A stretch of DNA of 64,000 nt, from the IMG/VR virus record IMGVR_UViG_3300036760_001167, positions 32,001 to 96,000 of that record; one strand, written 5' to 3'. This document shows positions 19,045-29,494 of this stretch, in pieces; the stretch's first letter is position 1; each line of letters begins with the position of its first letter. The notes beneath the pieces are model-generated. The model was not told the DNA's origin, made no database searches, and saw nothing but the letters and a program-made list of their open reading frames with translations. This DNA is from a virus. The position numbers were made by a program, and so were the translations under genes.

Positions 19045-19553
19045 CGCGGCACCACCCTCAGCCGCAGCCGCGCCCGCCTGGCCGGCTCGCACGGGCCGTC
19101 GCAGTGGTACACGCCGGGCGCGACCACCATCAGCGACCACCTCGAGCGGCACTGCCAGCAGCGGACGCCCCTCTCGGTCCGCCACCCGCCCTCGAACTCG
19201 CTGGCGGCAAGCCCGCCGAACCGCACGGCCCTCACCCCGCCCTCGCCGTCCGGCCCTCGCCGTTCCAGGCGACGGCCATCTCCCTGTGGCCGCAGCCGCA
19301 GCAGACGCGGAACAGCGCGCCGACGGTCAGCCCGAGCAGCGTCCGGCGGAGACACATGCAGTGCTCGTGCCTCACGCGACCCGCTCGAGCTCGACCCAGC
19401 TCCGGGTGTTCATCTCGCCCAGCGCCGGGTGGCTGGTGAAGACGTGCTCGAGCGTCTCGACCGCCGTGTGCGTCGGCACCGCGTGGTCGTAGAACGGCGA
19501 GCGCCGCTCCTGGCCGTTCTCCTTGCGGCACACGTAGACGTTCCACACGTGCC

Positions 19554-20012
19554 TCACGTCACCCGCGGCCACGCGTCCGGCGGCTCGGGCGCGTCCGCGA
19601 AGTCGACGATCACGAGCGCGGCTCGGAGCGGACCCTCGTCGTAGACCTTGGTCCCGTCCGGCTCGGTCCTGCTGGGGTAGGCCTGCCCGACGATCGCCAC
19701 GTCCTCCGGCGTCCGCGCGGGCTCGCCCGCCTCGTCCGCGAGGTACGAGACCCTCACGGTCCCGCCGCCCAGCAGCTCGATGCGCTGGATCAGCCCGCGC
19801 TCCGAGATCCCCGCCGCGAGCGTCCAGCCGTTGAGCTCGTCGTGCTGCTCCGGCGCGAGCCGCTGCCAGTCTCCCTCGTTCGCGTCCAGAGCGCGGACGC
19901 GCTCGCCGCTCGCGGGGTCGGGCACGTGCGTCCCGTCCTCCGCGGTGGTCCAGCCGGCGATCGGCCTCCCCGGGTCCGTCACGTCCGTCACCTCGATGTG
20001 AACCCCGTCCAT
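19554..20012 (-). CDS. Hypothetical protein
   Basis: RBS GGAGG, coding-like composition, downstream of a GTAAGAT box. Confidence 0.65.
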   Translation of the reverse strand: MDGVHIEVTDVTDPGRPIAGWTTAEDGTHVPDPASGERVRALDANEGDWQRLAPEQHDELNGWTLAAGISERGLIQRIELLGGGTVRVSYLADEAGEPARTPEDVAIVGQAYPSRTEPDGTKVYDEGPLRAALVIVDFADAPEPPDAWPRVT

Positions 20013-20462
20013 GGCTGCCTCCCTTGCCCTCGTCCTTCCCTATCTTACGGCGTGCGACCTTGGTCCGGGGCCACCGGCTCGGGCATCGGCGACCTCCACC
20101 ACAGCGTCACCGTCCCCTCCCCGCGGTCGTACGTGGCGAGGACGCGCTGGTCGACGGGCTCCTCGCCGAGCGTCGCGCGCCAGCCCTCCTGCCGGGCCCG
20201 CGCGCGGCCCGCCTCCGTCGCGGCGACGGCGTCGGCCTGCGTGCGCACGCCCTCCATCATCGCCCACGGGACGACCTCGCGCCTCGTCTGCGGGTCGCGG
20301 CGGCGGCCCAGCCCGCGCCTCACCGACACCCCGGATCGGCGGCGGTACCGGCGCGGAGGGGATGGACTTCCGGGCGCGCAGAACTCGCGGCCTTGTGCGC
20401 GTATATAACCATCCTCTTAGAACTGGTACCTTCTGGGGTATCCGCCTTCTCGGGCTGCGGGT

Positions 20463-22952
20463 TCACCGGGTCCGCGCCTGGTCCGCGCCGGTACTTCCGG
20501 TACTTCCGGGGATGCGGACGACGAAGAGCTTCGTCGTGACGAGGCCCCGGCCCTGCACCCAGACCTTCCGCTTCCTGGTGTCGCGACCCCGGTCGTGCGA
20601 CAGCACGCCCTGCTCAGCCCACTTGTCGAGCACGGGCTTCGGGTCGCGCAGCCCCGCGTACTCGCGGAGGATCAGCGCGAGCGTCGACCGGCCGATGATC
20701 CCCACCGTGTCGTCGCCGAACCAGACGCCCCAGCGCTGCTGGCCGATCGGCTCCTCGTTCGCGGGGAAGAACCGGCCGCTGCCGAGCAGCGCCTCCTTCA
20801 CCGCGTTGAGCCCGCGCTCGCCGATGTCGGCGCCCTCGTCCGCGCCGGACCTCTGCAGCTTCTCGAACACCGAGAGCGCCGCCCCCTCGAGCTCGCCGTA
20901 CTCCACGCCGCGGCCGCAGACCCGCGCGAGCTGCGCGAAGCCCGCGACGCACGTCGCGACCTGCCCGGCCTGCGCGAGCTCGACCTGCTGGCCGCTGGCC
21001 TCTGGCGCCATCTCGAGGAAGAGCCGCTTCTGGAGCGCGAGGAACTCGGCCGGCCGCGGGTCGCGCGCCAGCCACCGCAGCGGCCAGCCGTGCGCCCGCT
21101 GCGCCGACGCGAGCATCCGCAGGTGGGCGTCGACGTCGTCGGCGAGCGGCGAGTACAGCTCCATGATCCTGCGGCGCACGCCCGTCAGGCCGGACTGGAT
21201 CGTCAGCCGCGCCTCGCCGGTCGACAGCACGCACGCGCTCCAGGTCGAGGTGCCGGACACGTTCCGGCCCGCGTTCCCCGCGATCTTCCGCTCGCGCCCC
21301 TCCATCAGGTTGAACAGCATCTGGGTGAACTGGTCCGGCTCGAGGCCGAGGTTCGCGGCCTCGTCGAACCAGACGGGCAGGACGCCGACCTGCTTGAGCA
21401 CGTTCCCCGGCGCCTTCGCGGTCTGGTTCCACGAGCGGTAGAGCCGCCCGTCGGGGCGGCGCGCGTCGCCGAGCTGCTGGAACGCCATCTCCGCCGACTC
21501 GGACTTCCCGGTGTGCGACTCGCCGGTCACGTGGACCGTGAAGATCTGCTTGTCCTTCAGCAGCGTGACGTAGAGCGCGCCGAGCGGGAAGCCCAGCAGG
21601 ACCGCGAGCTTCGGCCAGCCCGCGGCCTCGTCGACGACGTTCCTCCACTCGCGGCGCGCGTCGTCCTCCGCGACGTCGGCCGCGTCGCCGTAGACGACGA
21701 GCTCCTCCTTGCCCGGCGACGCCTCGAGCTCGCCCGGCACGCGCAGCTCGCCGCCGCGCCACTCCGCGCGCGTCAGCACTGGCCTCGTGCGGAACAGGCC
21801 CGACGCGCGGACCGCCGACAGGAACTCCGCGACCGCGGCGCACTCGGCGGGCATCAGGTCCGGCCCCTCGAGCTCGGACAGGAGCTGCCCGCGCTTGTCC
21901 GCGGTCATGAACGTCGACGGGACGACCATCCGCTTGGGCGCCGGGCCCGCTCCCTCGAAGGTCACGTCGTAGCCGCGCACCTGGCCGTCCTCGTCGACGA
22001 GCACCTCGTGCGGGACCACGTTGAACTGGGCGCGCGCGATCCACCTCTTGTCGCGCCTCTGCGAGAGCCAGCCGGAGCGGAACGCCCAGCCGAGCGAGTC
22101 GGTGTCGGGCGGGCGATCGGCGGCGGCGCGCCTCCGCGCGGGCCTCGCGCCGTCGGCCTCGAGGACCAGCGCCCTCAGCTCTGCGGCGGTCCCGCCGCGG
22201 TCGAGCCAGTCCGACACGTCCTCGCCGCGCGACTCCCGCTCCTCGAGGCCCGGCAGGTCGACGGCGACCGCGTGCACCCCGCGCGACGCGAGCGCGTCCA
22301 TCGCCGCGGCCCGCGCCCGCTTGCCGTGCGCGTCGTAGTCGCGCAGCACGGCGACCCTGAACCCCTCGAGCTTCCTGGCCAGCTTCGCGGTCAGGTGCCC
22401 CTCCGACGGGGCCGTCGCCTGCAGCCCCTCGGCGCGCAGCCTGTCGACGTCCTTCTCGCCCTCGACGACGAGGACCCAGCGGTCCTTCTCGAGCGGCGGC
22501 ATGTAGAGCAGCGGCCCCGGCTTGCGCGGCCTCCACCGGAAGTCCTTGCGCCAGCCGTCGGGCCACTCGTAGCGGACCTTGGTCGCGCCCTCGTACTCGT
22601 AGCGCGCGACCTCGACCGCGCCCGCGTCCTCGGGCCGCACGCCGCCGCCGGGGTTGCGCGTCCGCCACAGCCGCCCGGCCTCGCGCGGCGGCGGCGCGGA
22701 CCCGAACGCCTCGAAGATCGCGTCGACGTGCTCGCGGTCGCGCTCGCCGCCCGCGTCGAGGCCGCAGCCGCCCTTCCCGCTGAAGCAGTACAGCAGCGCC
22801 TCGCCCTCCCGCGATCGCTTCACCGCGAACGACGGGCTGTTCGAGCCGTCCCCTTCGCACACGGGGCAGAACGTGCGGAAGGAGCCGGCGCCCGACGGGA
22901 ACGTCGGCCAGCCCCGGCCCTCGAGGAGCTCGAGCAGCTCGTCGTACGTCAA
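20463..22952 (-). CDS. DNA primase-helicase (Zn finger + TOPRIM + DUF927-like helicase)
   Basis: CPVC...C zinc finger; VVEGEKDVD and DYD TOPRIM motifs; GESHTGKS Walker A; WFDE Walker B; LSTGE. Confidence 0.85.
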   Translation of the reverse strand: MTYDELLELLEGRGWPTFPSGAGSFRTFCPVCEGDGSNSPSFAVKRSREGEALLYCFSGKGGCGLDAGGERDREHVDAIFEAFGSAPPPREAGRLWRTRNPGGGVRPEDAGAVEVARYEYEGATKVRYEWPDGWRKDFRWRPRKPGPLLYMPPLEKDRWVLVVEGEKDVDRLRAEGLQATAPSEGHLTAKLARKLEGFRVAVLRDYDAHGKRARAAAMDALASRGVHAVAVDLPGLEERESRGEDVSDWLDRGGTAAELRALVLEADGARPARRRAAADRPPDTDSLGWAFRSGWLSQRRDKRWIARAQFNVVPHEVLVDEDGQVRGYDVTFEGAGPAPKRMVVPSTFMTADKRGQLLSELEGPDLMPAECAAVAEFLSAVRASGLFRTRPVLTRAEWRGGELRVPGELEASPGKEELVVYGDAADVAEDDARREWRNVVDEAAGWPKLAVLLGFPLGALYVTLLKDKQIFTVHVTGESHTGKSESAEMAFQQLGDARRPDGRLYRSWNQTAKAPGNVLKQVGVLPVWFDEAANLGLEPDQFTQMLFNLMEGRERKIAGNAGRNVSGTSTWSACVLSTGEARLTIQSGLTGVRRRIMELYSPLADDVDAHLRMLASAQRAHGWPLRWLARDPRPAEFLALQKRLFLEMAPEASGQQVELAQAGQVATCVAGFAQLARVCGRGVEYGELEGAALSVFEKLQRSGADEGADIGERGLNAVKEALLGSGRFFPANEEPIGQQRWGVWFGDDTVGIIGRSTLALILREYAGLRDPKPVLDKWAEQGVLSHDRGRDTRKRKVWVQGRGLVTTKLFVVRIPGSTGSTGADQARTR

Positions 22953-23431
22953 GCCGTGGCCCCGATCGGTCGGAGCAGGTCGAGGAAGAAGTCCGCGTGC
23001 CGGGGAGCGAAGAACTCGCGGCCGTGCGCCGGGAGGATCCCGGCGCGGCGCGCCTCGTCGAGCAGGAACCGCTCGAGGGCGCGTGGGTCAGGCACCCACT
23101 CCGCGTACAGAACCTCCTGGCGCTCGCGCTCCGACGACGAGTACGCGGCGAGCCTGCTCCGCATGGAAATCGTCCTGCCAACCTTCACCCACTCTGCGAA
23201 GTCGACGACGTAGACGAAGCCGCCGCCCTCGTAGGTGGGGCGGAGCCAGACCGAGAACCCGAGTCCAGCCGCGGCCAGCCGCCTGACCTCCGCGACCCCG
23301 AGCCGCTGTACCGCGCCGTAGTGCCCGCCACTCGAGCAGTAGGAGTCGGCCCCCCTCGCAGTTACCGCATCCTGGCAGCCGAGAATGGAGCAGACCCTGT
23401 TGGTCGGCTCTCGCCTCCGCGCTCCGTTCAC
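22949..23431 (-). CDS. GIY-YIG/T5orf172-like endonuclease
   Basis: GFVYVV...VKVGRT...RL, LERFL, GREFF; codon usage less GC-biased than its neighbours. Confidence 0.65.
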   Translation of the reverse strand: MNGARRREPTNRVCSILGCQDAVTARGADSYCSSGGHYGAVQRLGVAEVRRLAAAGLGFSVWLRPTYEGGGFVYVVDFAEWVKVGRTISMRSRLAAYSSSERERQEVLYAEWVPDPRALERFLLDEARRAGILPAHGREFFAPRHADFFLDLLRPIGATA

Positions 23432-24186
23432 CGGGTCGTAGGTGCGACCTGTCGAGGCATGCACCTCCGGCACGGCCGCAGGTTCCTGACCTTGCGCAGC
23501 TTCACGCGCTCCAGGTAGCCCAGCCACCCGCGCCGCGCGGTGAGCGCCGGGCAGAGCGCGTCTCGGTGGAAGACGTCCGTCCCGTCGACCCCGCGGCAGA
23601 CGACCACTAGCGAGTCCAGCGTCCGCGGCATCGCCGCCCGCGCCGTCACGAGCGCAGCGCCGCGAGCTCCGTCGCGGCCTCCAGCAGGTCGACGCGCGCC
23701 TCGAGCTCCGCGTGCGGGCTCGTCGACTGCGCCCACGACATGGCGCGGTAGCACAGGCGCTCCATCAGCTGGTAGTCCGGCGACTCCTCCCGGAGCAGCT
23801 CGACCGCCGCCGCCAGGCTCAGCTCAGCCACTCGTTCCTCCCCTCGACCAGGTCGTCCGCGGTCCGGTCTCGCAGCTCGTGGCGGCGGAGCCACCTCGCG
23901 AGCCTGCGCTCCGCGCGCGCCATCCGGCGCTCGAGCCTGCGCGGCTTGAGCACGCGGTCGTCCAGCCAGACGAGGCGCCAGTGCTCGTTGTCCGCGGAGT
24001 AGAGCACGAGGCACGCGCAGTCGATGCCGCCTGGCGGCGAGAACTCGTAGTGCCGCCTGCGCACCTCGCGCTCCCACTTGAGGCCGAGTCCCCGCGCGGC
24101 CGGGCCCCGGCCGACGATGCCGCCGACCGCGAAGCCGTCCTGCGCGCGGTCCTTCAGGCTCCGGTCCGGGGGCGCGCCGTCGCGGG

Positions 24187-24612
24187 TCACGGGTCGATCC
24201 CCGCGACGCGCGCGATCACGGCGGCGTAGCCCGCCATGTCGACGATGGTGTCGCGCTTGACGCCGCCCGTCGCGAACCGCGAGACCTTGAGCAGGAGGAG
24301 GCAGCACGCCGCGTCCTCCGCGGTCAGGACGACCTCGTGGGGCAGGACGCCCGCGCCGTGCAGGTACGTCGTCCACAGCGCCGCGATGTTCTCGCAGCTC
24401 GGCCGCGGCCCGCCGTAGTCCGCCTCCCGGTCGCCGCCGTAGACCAGCGCCCCGGCCTCCTCGAGCACCGTCGGCGCGGGCGCCAGGTTCAGCGCCCGCG
24501 GCTCCTCGTCGCGCTCCGCGGTCAGCGGCTCCTCCGGCATGCTCTGGTAGTGGCGGCCTCGGTGCCTCTCCCTCCCGCGTGCCGCGCACTCCGGGACGTC
24601 GCATAGCGCCAT
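24187..24612 (-). CDS. DUF6378-like phage protein
   Basis: VLEEAGALVYGGDREADYG..NIAALWTTYL..LLKVSR..DTIVDMAGYA. Confidence 0.75.
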   Translation of the reverse strand: MALCDVPECAARGRERHRGRHYQSMPEEPLTAERDEEPRALNLAPAPTVLEEAGALVYGGDREADYGGPRPSCENIAALWTTYLHGAGVLPHEVVLTAEDAACCLLLLKVSRFATGGVKRDTIVDMAGYAAVIARVAGIDP

Positions 24613-24988
24613 GTCGTTCTCCCTTCGCCTCTCGCCCATCACCATCGACTCGACCCACGCCGCGAGCGCCGCCCTGTCTGCCGCGCTCGCGGCGGCGCCG
24701 TCGCGCCAGCAGCGCAGGATCAGCGCCGCCTCGTCCGGGTGGCGGCGCAGGTACGCCTCGACCTTCGCCAGCCCCGCCGCTCCGGGCCCCTCGTTGCTCA
24801 GTCTCCCCGCCGCCTGACTACGCGCCGGACGTTCGCCGTCGGGACGATGACCTCGTCGCCCTCGGAGCGCATGATCGGGAAGTACGTGATCCGCGTCGGC
24901 CAGATCGTCAGCAGCTCCGGGCGGCGCTCCACCCTGCCGTCCATGTACTCGATGCTGCCGTACGCGTAGACCGGCTGCTCCTCCTCCA

Positions 24989-25390
24989 TCAGTCTCCCTC
25001 CCGGCCCTCCCGCACGCGCTGCGCGAGGCCGCCGCTGAGCCTGCTCGCCGCGGTCTCGCGGTGGCTCTCCGCGGTCGTCGCCCCGCCGGTCGTGACCCTG
25101 CCCGGCGACTCCTCCGACGAGGTCGCGCGGAAGTGCGCGTCCGGGTGGCGCGGGTTCATGAACTCGATCATCGCGAAGTTCGCGACGTCCATCAGCCACT
25201 CCGTGTTCCCGTCATCCCGGTAGAGCGCGAGCCGCTTCTCGAGCGACTTGAGGTGGTCGCTCGTCGAGTCCTTCACCGCGCCGTACTTGTGGTAGCTGAA
25301 CGCCATCCGGTCGGCGCAGCCCTGCAGGAACTCCCGCGACACCTCGTGCGGGATCACCGCGATCTCGTAGGTCGCGTGCTCCGTCGGCAT
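24989..25390 (-). CDS. Conserved phage protein, possibly MazG-like fold
   Basis: RMAFSYHKYG ... GNTEWLMDVANFAMIEF. Confidence 0.55.
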   Translation of the reverse strand: MPTEHATYEIAVIPHEVSREFLQGCADRMAFSYHKYGAVKDSTSDHLKSLEKRLALYRDDGNTEWLMDVANFAMIEFMNPRHPDAHFRATSSEESPGRVTTGGATTAESHRETAASRLSGGLAQRVREGREGD

Positions 25391-25393
25391 ATC

Positions 25394-25951
25394 CTACCTC
25401 CCCTCGTCGACTTCGCGGAACCGGTCCAGGAACTCGGCCTCTGCCTCGGCCGGGCCCAGGGGCCAGATGCGCCCCTCCATCGGCGCGGGCAGCCCGCCCC
25501 ACGTCTCGGGCTCGCCGGGCGCCATCAGGTCGCGCGCCTCCGTCGCGAGCGCCCGCAGGTCCGCCTCCTTGACCCGCGGGTCGTGCGGGTAGCGCGTGCC
25601 GTACCGCCGCGCGATCGCCCTGTGGGCGAGCTCCTCGACGACGTCGTACCCCATGCTCCCGGTCTCGCGGAGCGCCGCCTTGAGCGGCGAGCTCATGTCG
25701 CCGACGTACGCCTCCGACGCGTCGTGCAGCAGCCCGTCCATGGCGAGCTCCGCGGGCACGTCCCGCGAGACGAGGACGCAGTGCTGCGCGACGGAGTAGA
25801 AGCGCTCGAGCTGGCCGCCGAACCGGCAGAGCAGCGACAGCGCGTGGGCGACGTCGCCGATGTCGACCTCCTCCGCCGTCGGGTTGGTCAGGTGGAAGCG
25901 CCCGCCGCGCCTCGTCTGCACGTAGTGCCCGCGCTCGTCGGTGAAGCTCAC
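25394..25951 (-). CDS. HD-domain 5'-deoxynucleotidase (YfbR/YfdR-like)
   Basis: DVAHALSLLCRFGG..FYSVAQH..GLLHDASEAYVGDM..VKEAD. Confidence 0.9.
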   Translation of the reverse strand: MSFTDERGHYVQTRRGGRFHLTNPTAEEVDIGDVAHALSLLCRFGGQLERFYSVAQHCVLVSRDVPAELAMDGLLHDASEAYVGDMSSPLKAALRETGSMGYDVVEELAHRAIARRYGTRYPHDPRVKEADLRALATEARDLMAPGEPETWGGLPAPMEGRIWPLGPAEAEAEFLDRFREVDEGR

Positions 25952-26141
25952 GGCGCGTCTCCCGCCCCGCGCACGGCCGCGTCCATGAGCAGGCTGCGGG
26001 CCTCCTGGTACAGCTGCGACGCCGCGGCGCGCTTCCTGCCGGTGAGCTCCGCGGCGTTCTCCTGGAGCACCTGCAGCTCGGTCAGCTCGCGCAGCTCCCT
26101 GCTGGCGTCGGCGAACGCCGCGGCCGCGGCCTCGAGCGGCG

Positions 26142-26480
26142 TCACCGCGCGTCCTCCGGCGGGCGTCCCGTCTCCGGGTGCGCGACCCAGTCGCGCGTCT
26201 TGACGTCGGCCCAGACCCGCGTGACGATCTCGTCCAGGTCGTAGCCGTTCGTGTTGCAGAAGCCCGCCAGGAAGACCTGGATGTCGCCGATCGCGTCCTC
26301 GATCTCGCTCCGCGACTTCTCGATGTCGTACCCGCGGATCGCCTGCTCGTGCTTGAGCCGCGCGTGCGCGAGCTCGCCCACCTCCTCGACGATCCCGAGC
26401 AGCGGCTGGTGCGGCTCCTGCCCCGGGAAGTTGTGCGCGAGCCACTCGCGCGTCTCGTCCTGCAGCGTCCTCAGGTCCAT
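26142..26480 (-). CDS. MazG-like NTP pyrophosphohydrolase
   Basis: LGIVEEVGELAH ... IEDAIGDI ... VKTRDW. Confidence 0.85.
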   Translation of the reverse strand: MDLRTLQDETREWLAHNFPGQEPHQPLLGIVEEVGELAHARLKHEQAIRGYDIEKSRSEIEDAIGDIQVFLAGFCNTNGYDLDEIVTRVWADVKTRDWVAHPETGRPPEDAR

Positions 26481-26549
26481 TCCCTCGCCTCTCGCTCGGT
26501 CAACGCCCGGCCTCGCGGCCGGGCTGGCGCGGTGGCAACCGCGCGTCCC

Positions 26550-27191
26550 CTAGAAGCCGACCTTGTCGGTGCCGCGCTTCGCGACCGCGCGCGGCTTGCG
26601 CGCCGACTTCTTCTCCGGCTCCGGCTCCGGCTCGTCGTCCGCGCCGGCCTCCTCGGCCTCGGCCTCCTCGGCCTCGCGGCGGAGGCGCTGCGCCTTCGTC
26701 TCGGGCTTCGCCTCCGGCTCGGCCGCGGCCTCGTCGTCGTCGTCGTCGTCGTCGTCGTCCGGGTCCTCGAACGACTCGCCGAGCGGCCGCGTCTCGAGCA
26801 GCTCCTGCGAGCCCTTGTACTGGCCCTTCGCCTGGATGCCGAGGCGCGCCGTCAGCTTGACGCCGTCCATGGCCTCCATGATCGCTTCCATCTCGTCGTC
26901 GCCCTCGAGGTCCTCGTCGACCTCGCGGAGCACGGAGAAGAACCCGCGCGCCTTCTTCTTGAACCAAAACTGCGCCTTCGTGTTCTCCTCCGCCGGGAAG
27001 TTCAGGCTGACGGACGTGACGCTCTTCGCGTCCGGCCCGTCGAGGACCTGCAGGTCCATGAAGACGGTGAACGACCCGTCGTCCTTCATCTCGCCAGCCT
27101 TGCGGACCTCCAGCACCTCGACGTCGTAGACGTCGACCGGCAGCGGCTTCCCGCTCCCGTCGTCCTCGGTCTTGATGTAGCCCCTGGTCAC
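26550..27191 (-). CDS. Probable ssDNA-binding protein (DUF669-like) with acidic tract
   Basis: KPLPVDVYDVEVLEV N-terminus, poly-Asp tract, located downstream of the Sak4-like ATPase. Confidence 0.6.
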   Translation of the reverse strand: MTRGYIKTEDDGSGKPLPVDVYDVEVLEVRKAGEMKDDGSFTVFMDLQVLDGPDAKSVTSVSLNFPAEENTKAQFWFKKKARGFFSVLREVDEDLEGDDEMEAIMEAMDGVKLTARLGIQAKGQYKGSQELLETRPLGESFEDPDDDDDDDDDEAAAEPEAKPETKAQRLRREAEEAEAEEAGADDEPEPEPEKKSARKPRAVAKRGTDKVGF

Positions 27192-27502
27192 TTGTGTCCT
27201 CCTTCTCGCAGCACCTCTGCCGCGCGCGATCGGCGCCGCTGCCCCAGACCGTTCCAGAGCATCGCGACCACCGCCTGCACCTTCTCCAAGCCGTCGGCCT
27301 TCCACTCCCACCGCTGGAAGTTGCCGTGTCCCAGGTACGGTCCGTACGGCCCGTACACCTTGCCGATGCCGACCGCCGCGCAGAACCTTCGAACGACGTC
27401 CTCATCGTTCATGGTCAGGGCGGCGCGCGGAGCGGTTCCGCGCATCAGGGTGAAGCAGCCTTCACCTTCGAACAACCCGCCCGCCCAGCACAGCTCGTTC
27501 AT
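27188..27502 (-). CDS. Single-motif LAGLIDADG homing endonuclease
   Basis: WAGGLFEGEGCF motif; MNDEDVVRRF; GKVYGPY. Confidence 0.8.
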   Translation of the reverse strand: MNELCWAGGLFEGEGCFTLMRGTAPRAALTMNDEDVVRRFCAAVGIGKVYGPYGPYLGHGNFQRWEWKADGLEKVQAVVAMLWNGLGQRRRSRAAEVLREGGHK

Positions 27503-28335
27503 GCCTTGGCCGTCTCCGCGTCGGCCTTCGCGCGCTCGGCGAGCGCGGCAGTGATGTCCTCCATCATCGTCACCAGCGTGTTCCGCCAGCCGATGTCCTC
27601 GTCGTAGGTCACGTCGACCCAGCCGTCGAGGAAGGTGTGCGTCCGGTCCTTCGCCTGCACGTTGTCCACCGGCCGCACGTGCAGCCTGTGCTCGATCGTC
27701 CCGCCCGGACCCTCCGGCGTCTCGAGCCGCAGCATCCCGACGATGTCGACGAAGCCCGCGAGGGTCTTCGCGAGCTGCCCCTGCACGTACGGGACGAGCT
27801 TGACCTCCTCCTGGCCGCGCTCGGCGGTGCCCGCGACGAACGCGACGCACTGGACCGGCTTCACGACGTTGTACTTCAGGTCGCGCATCGACCGGATGAG
27901 CGCCTCGCTCTTCCGGAACAGCACGCCCCAGTCGTCCCACTCCATCTTCTCGGAGCCGGCGACCTCGTCGACGATCCTCTTCTGCACCTCGCTCAGCGAG
28001 TCGACGATCACGGAGGTGAACCCGTGCCTCCCGCGGTTCAGCCACTGCGCCGTCTGCCGCACGTCCTCGAGGCCGCGCACGCGGACGACGCACGTGTCCC
28101 ACGTGCCGTCGGCCTTGGGCGGCGCCTCCTTCGGGTTCTCCCAGATCACCTTGCGGCCGAAGGTGAACTCGCTGCCTCCCTCGGCGTCGAGCACGAGCCG
28201 CGGCGCGGGCGCGGTCTGCGCCAGCCACGACTTCCCAGTTCCCCAGTCGCCGTGGATCAGGATCGTCAGCGGCCGGAGCGCGGGCGCCGCGGCCGCCCTC
28301 CTACGTGCTGGTGCCTCCGTGCCTGTCGAGGCCAT
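27499..28335 (-). CDS. Sak4-like (AAA_24) recombinase ATPase
   Basis: LIHGDWGTGKS, LDAEGG, VIVDSLSEVQ, AKDRT. Confidence 0.85.
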   Translation of the reverse strand: MASTGTEAPARRRAAAAPALRPLTILIHGDWGTGKSWLAQTAPAPRLVLDAEGGSEFTFGRKVIWENPKEAPPKADGTWDTCVVRVRGLEDVRQTAQWLNRGRHGFTSVIVDSLSEVQKRIVDEVAGSEKMEWDDWGVLFRKSEALIRSMRDLKYNVVKPVQCVAFVAGTAERGQEEVKLVPYVQGQLAKTLAGFVDIVGMLRLETPEGPGGTIEHRLHVRPVDNVQAKDRTHTFLDGWVDVTYDEDIGWRNTLVTMMEDITAALAERAKADAETAKA

Positions 28336-29494
28336 CGCCTCCCACCCCCTTCTCGTCCGGCCTGTCGCCGGTCCCCTTCACGTACCCGTACCGCCAGCCC
28401 GTGGCGAGCGTCACGTGGATCGACTCCTCCGCCGCGCCCATCTCGCGCAGCACGCCCGCGACCTCGTCGACCAGCCCCGCGAGCTCCAGGACCCGGCCCT
28501 TCAGCGTGACCGGGTCGACGTCGTGCAGCGCGATCGGCCGCTCGACGTTGCGCGTTACCTCGAGCCTCATCCGCGCAGGTGGTCGTCGTGCGCGTCGAGC
28601 TCGCCGTCGTGCGGCCCGCCCGTCCGCGCGCCGACGGGCGGCAGGACCATCTTGTGCCGCACGCCCGCGTCCACGTGGACCAGGTTCGGCTCGTCGAAGG
28701 TCGACGCCTCCGGCTTGCCGTCCTTGTCGGCGCGCTCCAGCGTCACGCGCCGGCAGCCCTGCATGTACTCGTGGTGAGCGGTGTCGATGCCCTCGAAGCC
28801 CGTCACCACGTCCGCGTAGCGCTCGCCCAGGACCGCGTCGCCGTTGCCGATGGTCTCGTTCCCTCCCATGCCTTGCCTCCCTCGCCTCGGGTGCCCGTTC
28901 TGGCTGCCCACGGCCTCCGTGGGCCCGTTTCGTGCTTCCGGTGCCGGCTCGCCCGCCGGCGGCCTCAGCCGCGCGGCAGCGCCTCCAGGCGGTCCATCGC
29001 GTTCGCCGCCGCGTGCGTCATGTCCGCGTCGCCGCTGTCCAGCGCCTTCTTCAGCGCCGCAAGCGCCGACTGCCGGACCTCGTCCAGCGTCACTCCCTCG
29101 CCCATCCCCGTCACCTCCTCGAAGTAGTCCGGGACCTCCGAGAACAGCCAGTGCACGAGGCAGCCCGCGTGGCAGAAGGCCAGCGCGTCCTCGGCCGCGT
29201 TGCTGCCCGGCGTCATCAGCCAGGCCCAGTCGAAGTCGACGGGGCTGCCGGCGCCGCACCACTCGCAGGCGGTCACGGCCGCGCCTTCAGGATCTCGCCG
29301 AGCGCGATGATCGCGTGGGTCAGCGCGACGCTCGCCAGCGCGGCCGCGCCCTCCGGCGTCTTCACCGAGTGGTCGGCCGACAGGTCGTCCTCGTACCGCT
29401 CGACCTTATCGAGCAGCGCCTCCGCCTTCGCCAGGTGCTCGTTGCCGCTCATGCCGCGACCTTCATCTTGTGGAGCTCAAGCAGTCCATCTCGC

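Noticed and set aside
26729-26760. (TCG)n microsatellite as a contingency locus
   Set aside because: It encodes the in-frame poly-Asp tract of the SSB-like protein.
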